From contig OY969425.1 in the NCBI GenBank assembly GCA_963699255.1, positions 480,001 through 512,000 on the forward strand: DNA of 32,000 bases, in the 5' to 3' direction. Shown one piece after another: positions 13,001 to 18,290 of the stretch. Each line of letters begins with the position of its first letter. The first letter of the stretch is position 1. The notes under the pieces were generated by a model. That model made no database searches. It was not told the origin of the DNA and saw only the letters and a program-made list of their open reading frames with translations. Both the position numbers and the translations under genes were made by a program. The stretch comes from an uncultured bacterium. GTDB taxonomy: Bacteria; Margulisbacteria; WOR-1; CAVSGV01.

Positions 13001-15237
13001 ATATTGATCAAAGTGAGATCGAGATAATAGCTAATGTTTTTGATAATTCATACGATCCATCCATATATCCTCATCCAGGCTCCCTGTCTCCATTATCGGT
13101 TTCTGCCGAAGTTTGGCTTGGCGAAACGTTTATCAAGGGACTGGGCAGCCAGCTATATTATTCAACTACAGAAACACATGGGTTTAATTGGGATGGCTTG
13201 AATGCATCAGGTGATTATGTGAACGAGGGTGTTTATACCGTCAAACTGCATGCTATTGACGGCCTTGGGAATATTTCCACTTCGGAATATCAGATTAATC
13301 TTGCCGATGACCAGCAATTAACCACAGGAAAAGGCAGCTTATTTTCGCATGATCCGAATTTAACTTTATCAGGCACTATTTTGAAGGTGAAGCTCATTAG
13401 TGGAGAGAGTTGGGGCAAAAGCACAATTTCTTTACCTAATTGGGTGGGTGATCCCAGCTATAGTGGTGTGGGCGCATGTATTGATTTTACCGCGCAAAGA
13501 GACCAAAATGCTCTTTTTACTGGAGAGGCTTCTCCTACTGGGGGAAGTTATTTATATGAAATATTAGGCGCGAACGGCAGTTATCTTTGGAGAAGTTATA
13601 CATCCGGTAGTGGTTCTAAGACAGCGGATGTTAATCAGGGAATTCGATATCGGGCTTTCTTCTATACTTGGGCGGGAGGAGGACTCATACACGCAACAAT
13701 AGATCAACCAATGTATAATATCATTCAGACCAAATCATTGGCTATATCATCTGATATCTGGCATGATCTTTGTTCCTCTGAAGTAAAAGAAGCGGATCCT
13801 TCTGCATCAAATTCTTCTGGGTCTATTCAGCATTATGTTTGGCCATCGACATTTATGGGATATATATATTATCAACCCAGTTGGTCTGAGGGATGGTCAA
13901 ATTTATATAATTTCGGTAACAAAGAAATTGTGTATAGTAAAAAAATAAATGGTAATTGGAAGTCCACTGGTAATTGGGATAATGAGTTCTGGCCCAGATG
14001 TGATTTTCCGATAGAAACAAGGATAACAACTGCAGCCGGCGACTCCATAAACCCATCAGTTGCCTGTGATTCAACCGGTTATAAAGTCTATGTTGTCTGG
14101 GAAGATTATCGCAACGGAAAAGCGGAGATATATTACAAGCAATCTGTAACTTCCGGCGAAACTTGGCCTTCTAATGATACCCAGCTAATTTCTTCTTCAG
14201 ATGCCTGTATGCTGCCGTCAATTGCTGTCGATCAAGGGAATGCATACATTTATGTCGCATTCATAAAACAAGTTAACAGCCATAACGAATTGTGGGTAAA
14301 AAAAGGGACGATCAGTGGAAGTAATGTTACATGGAATAACAATCCTGTCCGCATAACCAGGTATGAGTTTTCAAGCTGTGAAGCTTCCAAGCCATCGATC
14401 GTCTGCGACACGTCCGGCAATGCCTATGTCGCATGGGAAGACACAAGGACAGGAACCTCCGAAATATTCTCCCAGAAAGTACCTTCCAACTTCGCGCCAT
14501 TCTCCGGCTCAGGCATGACAACAATGTCCATGCCGAATGATAAGCCTGTCATTCAAACGCAAATGGTCATTCAATCCGTATCAAGCACCCCGGAGCTTAT
14601 ATCTCCGATCGGCGGAGCAACAGATAACACACTTCGACCAACATTCAAATGGTATGGGGTACAAAATGTTACAGATTATCGAATAGAATGCGCAACATCA
14701 TCGGACGAATCATCGCTTGCCACTTCGATGGATTATTTCACGGCAACGATCTCCGATGTATCAGGCGCCAAACCCATATGCGAATTTACCCAGAACGAAC
14801 ACCTCATGGGCCTTGATGAAAGCGCCCCAAACCATCCTTTCTGGTACTGGAGAGTACAGACGATCACCTCGGAAGCGTCAACGTCAGAAGTCGGCTCTTT
14901 CAGAATTGAACTGCCAGCAAGCTTGTCAGGCGTTACTAACTGGCCAAATCCGTTCGATCCCAACAAGGAAAGAACAAAGATCCGTTATAGGCTTGGCCGA
15001 GAACCCAATTCGGTCACGATCAGAATATATGACATCACCGGAGCATTAGTTAAAGAGTTTGACGGAACAACGAATCCCGAAGGGGCCAGCATTTGGAACA
15101 AATATAACGATGTCGAGTGGGATGGAAGGAACGGCAGGGGAGACATGGTGCTAAATGGAGTGTATCCGTTCGAGATAACCGTCAATTACGGTGATAAGTC
15201 AGTCAGCGGGCGGGGAAAGATGGTGGTGTTAAAATGA
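1090..15237 (+). CDS. Giant secreted protein (~4,715 aa): alpha/beta-hydrolase (PGAP1/lipase-like) N-terminus, multiple Ig/FlgD-like repeats, BNR-like segment, FlgD/type-A-like C-terminal domain
   Basis: Single uninterrupted ORF. ORF track begins at 1069, but the internal ATG at 1090 forms an ATGA overlap with the upstream stop and precedes the signal peptide. N-terminus NYLVILVHGIAETSD and KVVLIAKSEGGLASRVY...DTPHLGSDA; repeated FSPNGDG...D and WNG/WDG...G.Y motifs; C-terminus NWPNPFDPNKERTKIRYRL...VTIRIYDITGALVKEF. Confidence 0.9.
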   Translation: MKTKLTLLLMMFMLLFLSKAFFSCYGVESVIKPSPNYLVILVHGIAETSDIFDDDGSGHLKPYLEDSLSLPGYVYAYDFNDNKGSNVVAADELGNQFIPRALNDFKAWYASKNHIAVNDIPQNVIPQKVVLIAKSEGGLASRVYLTSNYYHDNVRKLITLDTPHLGSDAVTYKKLLYTPENVAMTMAYAGVGLGYIILQMQAHTASFADIYFDGAIFAGIVSPTEQFILKDFVAKWGDPALDEMDPEGDFIKHLKGAEVLPNKSPIEYRLVSAHGFPSPDIEGIKSFYLLKGIPLINAIATPFDSRYWDLPTTQAKVESVAAAVAISGGTFTKDGSIVVDIDSAYGHGVSLFSQNTKRYDYLFYNEPVEEFLNVQINNEYNDIHAVQALSGFNPALNCLDLIPIADMGSVIATNLGTAIDIGTIKIGGEKEDSLIYNAFAHHHLVEKVYSEGSPNIIDQCLFDTPMATVTHLDTDVSTEEYNISQKIVHTGTIQPVEILNTSEASDTPPYAADRSVSLIFNEGTTNEVEKYTSSMLVKAPVTQISGVIHDFKPLMLQSFQISENFAAWQEFHPNTCSTHTDPQGFKYIDVDANKFHLHMDEWGKYTISGLNFAEGQNLIGFKLTNRAKYSSNQVLKVIQNTIPMQASKYQPESNFMTNNVYQPISVEFNKSTYYEDEAGKIQIVSFEVDGTPMLSNANITSEIDGAYHPYARVNYTPKTPLSDGEHAIVVSAKSDVGVSQAIWAFFVDTQPPTISIEALSPFSPRAPGTGEANNISIRYTTTDNLSTFLRSITARLYDSNNNFITELATFDTQAVGENFIPVNSTQLTVNGSLIPDGNYSIKIKAYDQAGNVTTESVALVIDSTPPSIIQADVNPKPMTSNSDSLNFSSQLSENSIVTIKMINKATNVASAYITQAQRAGSEESATASYSWSYNNQFGSNGPDDGIYRLEITAQDQAGNVSDPYVIDNVKIDRTPPFIFSNACLPYVLANVGNDPYTTTLSYQVSESNDKPENQDESCNVTVSLFNENSGELIKTWDNAPANIGEVNSINWNGDSTQYGNGSYKFAITATDASGNSSTAYSSCVKNGIAPVISFPANNGTVSGTIAIRGTAVDPDWTNNLPFKDYKIYYANGNVQWTGGSGQDPDPSVWRSDVIEVPDVDRDPASGIRNLSIRPLQNDSTLAYLYSNGLDNGTYTLLLIAEEDGGTTSACTRVIRVSNDPMITSTNVPVVKLDPLPQKVHFTSDGKVTLPISFMNGIKESNVNIEIAQLHNSTMTNEGIVFYKFQPDIIGNQYTGKPQYIPGKDLGYYLWTDETGWHIRWSSDGTNHHFTGSLMGSGITDIQTFNWTPSGQVQGFVNWDTNMSNGESGIDFTANSGGMIIITPKIDEDPNVPTFNASNIYLGMTKATQAYLPIMINTSMEGVAPAVVNWDGKLDTGGYVDSGVYTVRVRSEGADGVGLATDEAQVEVETDYDVSNVETVNNSFSPVGAPDRVSIYYNVSKDSYITAYVYQDGSGTPAATITSEAFVSGNMNPNHKHVINWRGNYPNSDSTQFFSGGGFNIKIIATAADGSGSKEINIDGISIAGTRTDSSLASLDPIGDEVMFNGVPSRIANGSSDYFFEARGTGRLYPPKEFSFNIAPYGRQTVTTYPYVPFAALIHRGYKQVDVKMRGELSGAIREHFTEGSAGASEQIHTEGFRVGLDEMAWGFRSDKEEMNAAAQRGPYAIYLRGKSVNSIYAGRNAGATTKFYGSPYLSLTFNTGRGDPGYFLDNIDNIPVMEQFDINIPPTVESQGDAKENDYIKGILENMMSKMTLDYPSTKGMFKVEINYDDFKINKHTDAASSSGFIFSPRRRVATIQPPIGNNGSDFWCRARVMLEAPVQYSRLTNRFIPFFGFVNRNVSTSESLAGANYNIDQLGFPGDEFFNKSNAKPYNEYDEMLASAAARQNMSKADLIKALSDLSIQKNYIGTLTAPTCTASFEYYLTDPISGEFGDILPGTEIIPITVPDGEQPILISEKTPNKYYTGGGTIEIQGLQVGAKTDYTSAYDNTNHLPFFSFNFPASEAEIQQFQSNNDALLDKFKRSPSLWTGISASSPHELDITSVTRSIEAVTKLGQSIKYGSNGYYYKSDTLGSLWGWNSNNYPNATDIRYSIDDISDQSISLDTDQTGTGEFSTNSCLIGSIQGASGQMWATADDPMLSAFGGCIASREIFNRDGFSGYSQFINISDPYIKNVVNLQNMNSPDMTKYTFWKYDPAISSIDAFNPVDNQYLTYDNWSIDLKDLSGGENTDLAAVTPEMDSSDHLKDQFKVKLRLDSAEKKYIDITGYASGEYYLMYFDGNSWNQIGHSLKGANGMLGWWNVSRLNGKYTVVLKLAGSDIISSQDVLIGSIVKNDHVTTVSSPYKRAEVTFKPGAFDKDQLVTVTPVKMDEIDISNRPLIPTVGPIVEVKPSPYYFSCGSTESEDYRPTLVFKYTKEDLLEMYPDLKEVNGTLEVASLGLNIHQITQNGDLQVISDNKQSYNDGIYAFEGPLDHFSEYALIRGKYNLIAPIIQTDRYNVNFSPITVYGTAPADSVLNVYVSPSKEVDISSLGSIASLDLPKNDSGIAEFRFDRIPLAAEGDNYIFVTSTQGGARTLSDIRVNYDLTPPTVEVAADIPAYSPNGDGKFDIVTYKVKSNEDGKLYFTLQGTNGDTIINNELSCEADEEIKIYWDGSQLYMYLGADKVILGEAPVREDGEYAYIVFAIDESGNISNNIVGKTIVDRVAPKISGLTASPNPFSPNDDQVNDTTTISFEVNEPSYATVKIFRGGELFRSYGFSIPDALSSIPCFTWDGSGDHNELIGGSYTYYVEAEDSVGNMSTSETGTIFVDREPYLVQYAYCDPYYFAPKNPKNNMTNVKYSLSRDDVKVTVEIFNGTGKVIATPLDEQVENSGEHQVSWNGEGAIDGTYGFRVKALSVDGSASCEVTGNLVIDNEPPTVIIKSCNVGDTSCEVVYSIPEDAKVTVNVVDQNGTAVETIVTGETQTAGQYEPVWNFDSGNTEPGAQYSFKISAEDKALNTDEKQSATFSLPGPLEISGVSSAPAIFNPNSEIINKYTTIKYRLSSKADQSQVTIKVLTDAGATVKRLTDGEYQTPGSYSIFWYGDDLTGKTVTAGNYTIDISAVDPLGNKASVQVPVIVAANSSCVLSVTPEVFSPNGDGVADTATFTYSVDYYWQLTGEAYIQLDVLDGSGNSIYTYSDHHTQGTYSHIWNGQGAYDGQFNAVIKMTDPAGSVIYSNIVPIKADMKAGSALPETGFIYNNGFTPNGDGQSDTCAFIYSIDEPSYVTVKVHTFSATASYDATNLVKTLVDNVLTPAGTQEVIWDGSTDGPGDTDGNGFVNKGEYVFALETTDQFGNISPKQGATVWVQDVPLNINAPSLIENPTPKVLGSNGSNINFAFTLSQSLEGEAQEPEKFTISGMKIKAAGIYDVGRVTVKVYDHAGNLAATLANKQVYDNNGTKTVSWDGSGASEDKYTIIASAEDLTGVPAAQSISGVTYLDKTPPVISGVSISRSCFSPGINDVSINYSVSDNLSALTTDVANKVKATIKVYNNDVLTKTITDGVTKDSGSVSADLWDGTRNIGGYVGTGNSASNEPDGEYTIKISAVDVAGNTAEVSQAVYVDTIDPDITNISISPSPFSPGGAKPNSNITASITDESSVTWEVKIETGANPVISFGSGTSVSCTWNGMNGIVSYEGDGIYNCVISAFDAAGNVYQTTRVITTDTVAPVITASASPEFLSGNMGQITTLEMSISDMNDHIYWNVIIAGSTESGSVEGNTVNEVFIWEPPHTSSGDGSYNFVITATDDAGNTRTTIETVSIDNTPPVISIESPAGQTWLKGSVSIDGSVQDPHPGTWTLYYAGGIIGSGTGNISDQLLGSLYVGTHDGDIVVSLVATDAAGNPATPVSRELYIDNTPPVFTYITSEVGTSMQNYFNPYIDQSEIEIIANVFDNSYDPSIYPHPGSLSPLSVSAEVWLGETFIKGLGSQLYYSTTETHGFNWDGLNASGDYVNEGVYTVKLHAIDGLGNISTSEYQINLADDQQLTTGKGSLFSHDPNLTLSGTILKVKLISGESWGKSTISLPNWVGDPSYSGVGACIDFTAQRDQNALFTGEASPTGGSYLYEILGANGSYLWRSYTSGSGSKTADVNQGIRYRAFFYTWAGGGLIHATIDQPMYNIIQTKSLAISSDIWHDLCSSEVKEADPSASNSSGSIQHYVWPSTFMGYIYYQPSWSEGWSNLYNFGNKEIVYSKKINGNWKSTGNWDNEFWPRCDFPIETRITTAAGDSINPSVACDSTGYKVYVVWEDYRNGKAEIYYKQSVTSGETWPSNDTQLISSSDACMLPSIAVDQGNAYIYVAFIKQVNSHNELWVKKGTISGSNVTWNNNPVRITRYEFSSCEASKPSIVCDTSGNAYVAWEDTRTGTSEIFSQKVPSNFAPFSGSGMTTMSMPNDKPVIQTQMVIQSVSSTPELISPIGGATDNTLRPTFKWYGVQNVTDYRIECATSSDESSLATSMDYFTATISDVSGAKPICEFTQNEHLMGLDESAPNHPFWYWRVQTITSEASTSEVGSFRIELPASLSGVTNWPNPFDPNKERTKIRYRLGREPNSVTIRIYDITGALVKEFDGTTNPEGASIWNKYNDVEWDGRNGRGDMVLNGVYPFEITVNYGDKSVSGRGKMVVLK
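1195..2250 (+). other. Alpha/beta-hydrolase-like domain within the giant protein, with A-x-S-x-G nucleophile elbow
   Basis: VLVHG-type oxyanion strand, AKSEGG elbow, DTPHLG, later GHGVSLFS as candidate catalytic His region. Boundaries approximate. Confidence 0.55.
9010..12960 (+). repeat. Region of diverged FlgD/Ig-like repeats in the giant protein
   Basis: Recurrent YSPNGDGKFD, FSPNDDQVND, FNPNSEIIN, FSPNGDGVAD, FTPNGDGQSD, FSPGINDVS and FSPGGAKPN, each followed by a W(D/N)G motif. Confidence 0.75.
13980..14500 (+). other. BNR/sialidase-like repeat segment in the giant protein
   Basis: Repeated NPSVACDSTGYKVYVVWEDYRNGKAEIYYKQS / KPSIVCDTSGNAYVAWEDTRTGTSEIFSQ. Confidence 0.6.
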
Positions 15238-15647
15238 ACAGTGGACAGTTAACAGTGGGAAGTGAAAGTACTGTATCAAAAGAGTTTGAGTTCGACTTTG
15301 AAAGATTGAATGTTTATAGAACATCAATATTGAATTTTCGAAGTATTTTAGCTCTCACTAAATCCTTGCCGAGAGATCTGCAGTTTTCATTGGCGGATCA
15401 ATTGAGAAGAGCGGCTCTCTCCATATCAAATAACATAGCTGAGGGAAGCGGAAAAGAATCGAAAAAAGAAAAAGCGTATTTTTATTCCACGGCTCTTCAT
15501 TCTGCCAGAGAATGCGTCCCTATGTTAACGATTCTTTTCGAGGAACGAATCATCAATCAAAATGATTATGCCCAATTTCGTCGAATTATAGTAGAGATTA
15601 CAAGCATGTTAAGAGGATTGATTGGATCAGTGAGGCAATATAAATGA
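15234..15647 (+). CDS. Four-helix-bundle protein (S23 / 23S rRNA intervening-sequence-protein-like)
   Basis: FERLNVYRTSILNFRSILALTKSLPRDLQFSLADQLRRAALSISNNIAEGSGK pattern is typical of the family; ATGA overlaps on both sides. First ~15 residues are encoded by the heptamer array. Confidence 0.85.
   Translation: MNSGQLTVGSESTVSKEFEFDFERLNVYRTSILNFRSILALTKSLPRDLQFSLADQLRRAALSISNNIAEGSGKESKKEKAYFYSTALHSARECVPMLTILFEERIINQNDYAQFRRIIVEITSMLRGLIGSVRQYK
15235..15275 (+). repeat. Island A left arm: heptamer array, consensus NNNNAGT
   Basis: gaacAGT ggacAGT taacAGT gggaAGT; AGT begins at 15240, 15247, 15254, 15261 (exact 7-nt period). Confidence 0.8.
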
Positions 15648-16591
15648 AAAAAGCATTAATTTGTGTCTTATTCCTGTTCACTTTAAACTGTACACTTTTA
15701 ACTTGTTCCTATGGGATTACTGGTCAAGCCGGTCTCGATATCGCTGTTCTCGAAGCCGGTGTTGGAGCCAGGGCTTTGGGTATGGGAAGCGCGTTTACTG
15801 CAGTAGCGGACAACGCCGACGCGCCATTCTGGAACCCCGCGGGTCTTTCTCAAATAAAGAACAATGAGATAACGGCGATGCAAACAAAGTTGTCCACCGA
15901 TGCAGACCATTATTATGTGAGCTATGTCACGCCGCTGTTTGGCGGGGGTTTGGGTATAAGCTGGATACAGGTGGGAATGAGCTCGATAACCCAGACCGGT
16001 AGCTCCACAGGCGAATATAACGAGGTTGAGAATCTTGGCATATTCAGTTACTTTTCTAATGCCTATCTTCTCGCTTATGGAAGGAACATTACCGATAACT
16101 TGAGCTTCGGCATCACCGCCAAATATCTTACATCCGACATGCCGGGATTGGTATCGGTCGAAGGAGCCAGCGCTTATGGATATTCAATCACGCCAGGACT
16201 GCTCTACAAACCGACAAAAGACCTTTCCATCGGCCTTAAGATCGATGAACTGATCAATTATCAGAAGTGGGGGACGGATACGGAAGAGATTGTTCCGTCA
16301 AAATACAGGCTCGGGATAGCATTCGGCACACGGGTTCCCATAATCGGCAACCCGCTGCTATTATCAGGCGATATCAGCCAGATAAATAAAGCTGGATATG
16401 TTCCAGAAGGAAGCGCGGGTGCCGAAGTTAAATTCGGTCAGATAGCTTTTCGGGTCGGATATAGCGACCAGGCAATGAGCGGAGGAGCAGGGTTTGAAGC
16501 GGAGCATATCGCCATCGATTATGCTTATGTCACACAGACAAGTTTGACGAAAGATAACGTGCATAGGGTCAGTTTGACCGGGAAATGGTAA
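15644..16591 (+). CDS. PorV/PorQ (UPF0164)-like outer membrane beta-barrel protein
   Basis: LEAGVGARALGMGSAFTAVADNADAPFWNPAGLSQI, conserved N-terminus of the family; signal peptide; beta-barrel-like remainder. Confidence 0.85.
   Translation: MKKALICVLFLFTLNCTLLTCSYGITGQAGLDIAVLEAGVGARALGMGSAFTAVADNADAPFWNPAGLSQIKNNEITAMQTKLSTDADHYYVSYVTPLFGGGLGISWIQVGMSSITQTGSSTGEYNEVENLGIFSYFSNAYLLAYGRNITDNLSFGITAKYLTSDMPGLVSVEGASAYGYSITPGLLYKPTKDLSIGLKIDELINYQKWGTDTEEIVPSKYRLGIAFGTRVPIIGNPLLLSGDISQINKAGYVPEGSAGAEVKFGQIAFRVGYSDQAMSGGAGFEAEHIAIDYAYVTQTSLTKDNVHRVSLTGKW
15671..15710 (-). repeat. Island A right arm: heptamer array in inverse orientation (ACTNNNN on + strand)
   Basis: ACT begins at 15680, 15687, 15694, 15701 (exact 7-nt period); the reverse complement taaaAGT gtacAGT ttaaAGT gaacAGg matches the left-arm word. 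Confidence 0.8.
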
Positions 16592-16595
16592 GGGA

Positions 16596-16667
16596 GCTAT
16601 CAACGGATTAAAAAACGGACCAACGGATGAAACTGTCAACGGATGTGGCCACGGAGCAACGGATAAA
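16596..16667 (+). repeat. Island B left arm: two tandem 36-bp modules built from ACGGAT words
   Basis: ctatcaACGGATtaaaaaACGGAccaACGGATgaa (16597-16631) and ctgtcaACGGATgtggccACGGAgcaACGGATaaa (16633-16667); word spacing 12,8 then 12,8. Confidence 0.85.
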
Positions 16668-16686
16668 TGAATTAAGGGAAGAGGAA

Positions 16687-17187
16687 ATGGATAAGTTAGT
16701 TAAAACAAAATATGACGAGATCACTTATAAGATAATCGGGGCAGCAATGGCTGTGCATGGCAGATTAGGCTCTGGACTGAAAGAAATACACTATCAGAAA
16801 GCTATGACAGAAGCCCTATTGTCGCTCAATGTGAATTTTGATGAGCAAAAACAGATAGGGGTTTATTTTGAAAAAACTCTGGTGGGCCTGTTATTCCTTG
16901 ATATATTCGTCGAGAATTCAATCGTAGTGGAACTTAAAGCATTATCTCAGCAATTAACAAAGAATGAACTTGCGCAGGTTATTACATACTTAAAAGCCAG
17001 CGGCAGCGAGATCGGCCTATTGATCAATTTTGGAAGAAAATACCTGGAATACAGAAGGGTTTTCCCGCCAAAGAAAATGACGGAATTCGATCAAAATGAT
17101 TGGCGTTTCGCAGTGAGGTTCAAGAACCCGGGATTCAGAGGGAATATGCTCAATAAAGATCAACAAGTGACATGTGTATTGCATTAG
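16687..17187 (+). CDS. GxxExxY protein (PDDEXK_3-like nuclease-fold family)
   Basis: GSGLKEIHYQKAM contains GxxExxY; LFLDIFVENSIVVELKAL resembles D...ExK. ORF track begins at 16627, but ATG 16687 has a strong upstream SD (agggaagagg) and matches the usual N-terminus. Confidence 0.85.
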   Translation: MDKLVKTKYDEITYKIIGAAMAVHGRLGSGLKEIHYQKAMTEALLSLNVNFDEQKQIGVYFEKTLVGLLFLDIFVENSIVVELKALSQQLTKNELAQVITYLKASGSEIGLLINFGRKYLEYRRVFPPKKMTEFDQNDWRFAVRFKNPGFRGNMLNKDQQVTCVLH

Positions 17188-17190
17188 TTC

Positions 17191-17225
17191 TTTTATCCGT
17201 GGATCCGTGTGATATCCGTTGACAG
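17191..17225 (-). repeat. Island B right arm: same module in inverse orientation
   Basis: Reverse complement ctgtcaACGGATatcacACGGATccACGGATaaaa, word spacing 11,8; mirrors the left-arm module. Confidence 0.8.
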
Positions 17226-17242
17226 GAATTTAGGGAGGCAAT

Positions 17243-18217
17243 ATGAAAAAAATATTCTTGGTTATATTTGCAATTATATTTTCCAGCTCGATCGCATTTT
17301 CCATGGGAACCATGCCGCCGACAAGTGAGACAGCAGTTGCTCCTTCCGTTGCGTTCGTGAGATCGATAGGCAGCGCCGGTTCAGGCAACGGCCAATTCCT
17401 TTATCCTCGTGATGTTTGTGTCGGAGCATACGGGGACCTCTCAACCGGCCTTGGTAATATCTTTGTCGCGGATACGGGAAATAACAGGATCCAGGTTTTT
17501 GACAGCGGCGGGGATTTTTTGTTCCAGTTCGGGAGCTTTGGAAGCGACACAGGAAAGTTCAATTCGCCGTCAAATGTAGTGGTCGATTTCAATTTCAGTA
17601 TCTATGTTATGGACAGGGAGAACAGCAGGGTGCAGAAATTCGACATTAGAGGCAATTATTTATCCGAATTCGGATCTTTTGGGTCGGACTCCGGGCAATT
17701 CAGCGATCCTTGCGGATTAGCTGTTGATTCCTGGGGGAGGATATTTGTTGCTGACACGGGGAACAATAGGATACAAGAATTTGATACAACGACTTCTTTT
17801 CTCGCTTCAATAGGGTCATTCGGTTGGGGTGATGGTTTCTTTGACACGCCTCGCGATGTCGCAATAGACAAAGACAAGAATATCTATGTTGCGGATACGA
17901 AGAACGACAGGGTCCAGAAACTTGATGAATTCGGGAAACTTATCCTCTCGTTCGGAAAATCCGGCAGCGCTGACGGCGAGTTCCACAGTCCCTCAGGGAT
18001 CGCGGTCGATGATAAATTCATCTATGTGAGCGACAGCGGGAATAACAGAGTTCAGGTCTTTAACAGGAGCGGAGTTTTTCTCGCGAAATTCGGATCGACA
18101 GGATCTAAGAACGGCGAGTTCAACGATCCGACCGGCATATCGGTCGGCAAACCCGGACAGCTTTTTATTGCTGACACCAATAACCATCGCGTGCAGGAAT
18201 TCAGGATAAGTTTCTAA
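17243..18217 (+). CDS. Secreted NHL-repeat beta-propeller protein (six repeats)
   Basis: Six FGS.GS..G.F..P..(V/I)AVD...(I/V)YVADT.N.R(V/I)Q repeats after a signal peptide. Confidence 0.9.
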   Translation: MKKIFLVIFAIIFSSSIAFSMGTMPPTSETAVAPSVAFVRSIGSAGSGNGQFLYPRDVCVGAYGDLSTGLGNIFVADTGNNRIQVFDSGGDFLFQFGSFGSDTGKFNSPSNVVVDFNFSIYVMDRENSRVQKFDIRGNYLSEFGSFGSDSGQFSDPCGLAVDSWGRIFVADTGNNRIQEFDTTTSFLASIGSFGWGDGFFDTPRDVAIDKDKNIYVADTKNDRVQKLDEFGKLILSFGKSGSADGEFHSPSGIAVDDKFIYVSDSGNNRVQVFNRSGVFLAKFGSTGSKNGEFNDPTGISVGKPGQLFIADTNNHRVQEFRISF

Positions 18218-18290
18218 CCGACATTAGAACTTGCCCCTATTTGCCGGGACGGTTCTGAATCTGCAATTCGGATCTAAGGGAATATACGAT

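Noticed and set aside
15234-15647. Diversity-generating retroelement (four-helix-bundle protein as Avd)
   Set aside because: No reverse transcriptase or template/variable repeat pair recognised in the window; the protein resembles the S23/IVP-type family rather than proving a DGR.
15235-15710. CRISPR-like array
   Set aside because: Units are 7 nt with no spacers and no cas genes in the window; arms are in opposite orientation around one gene.
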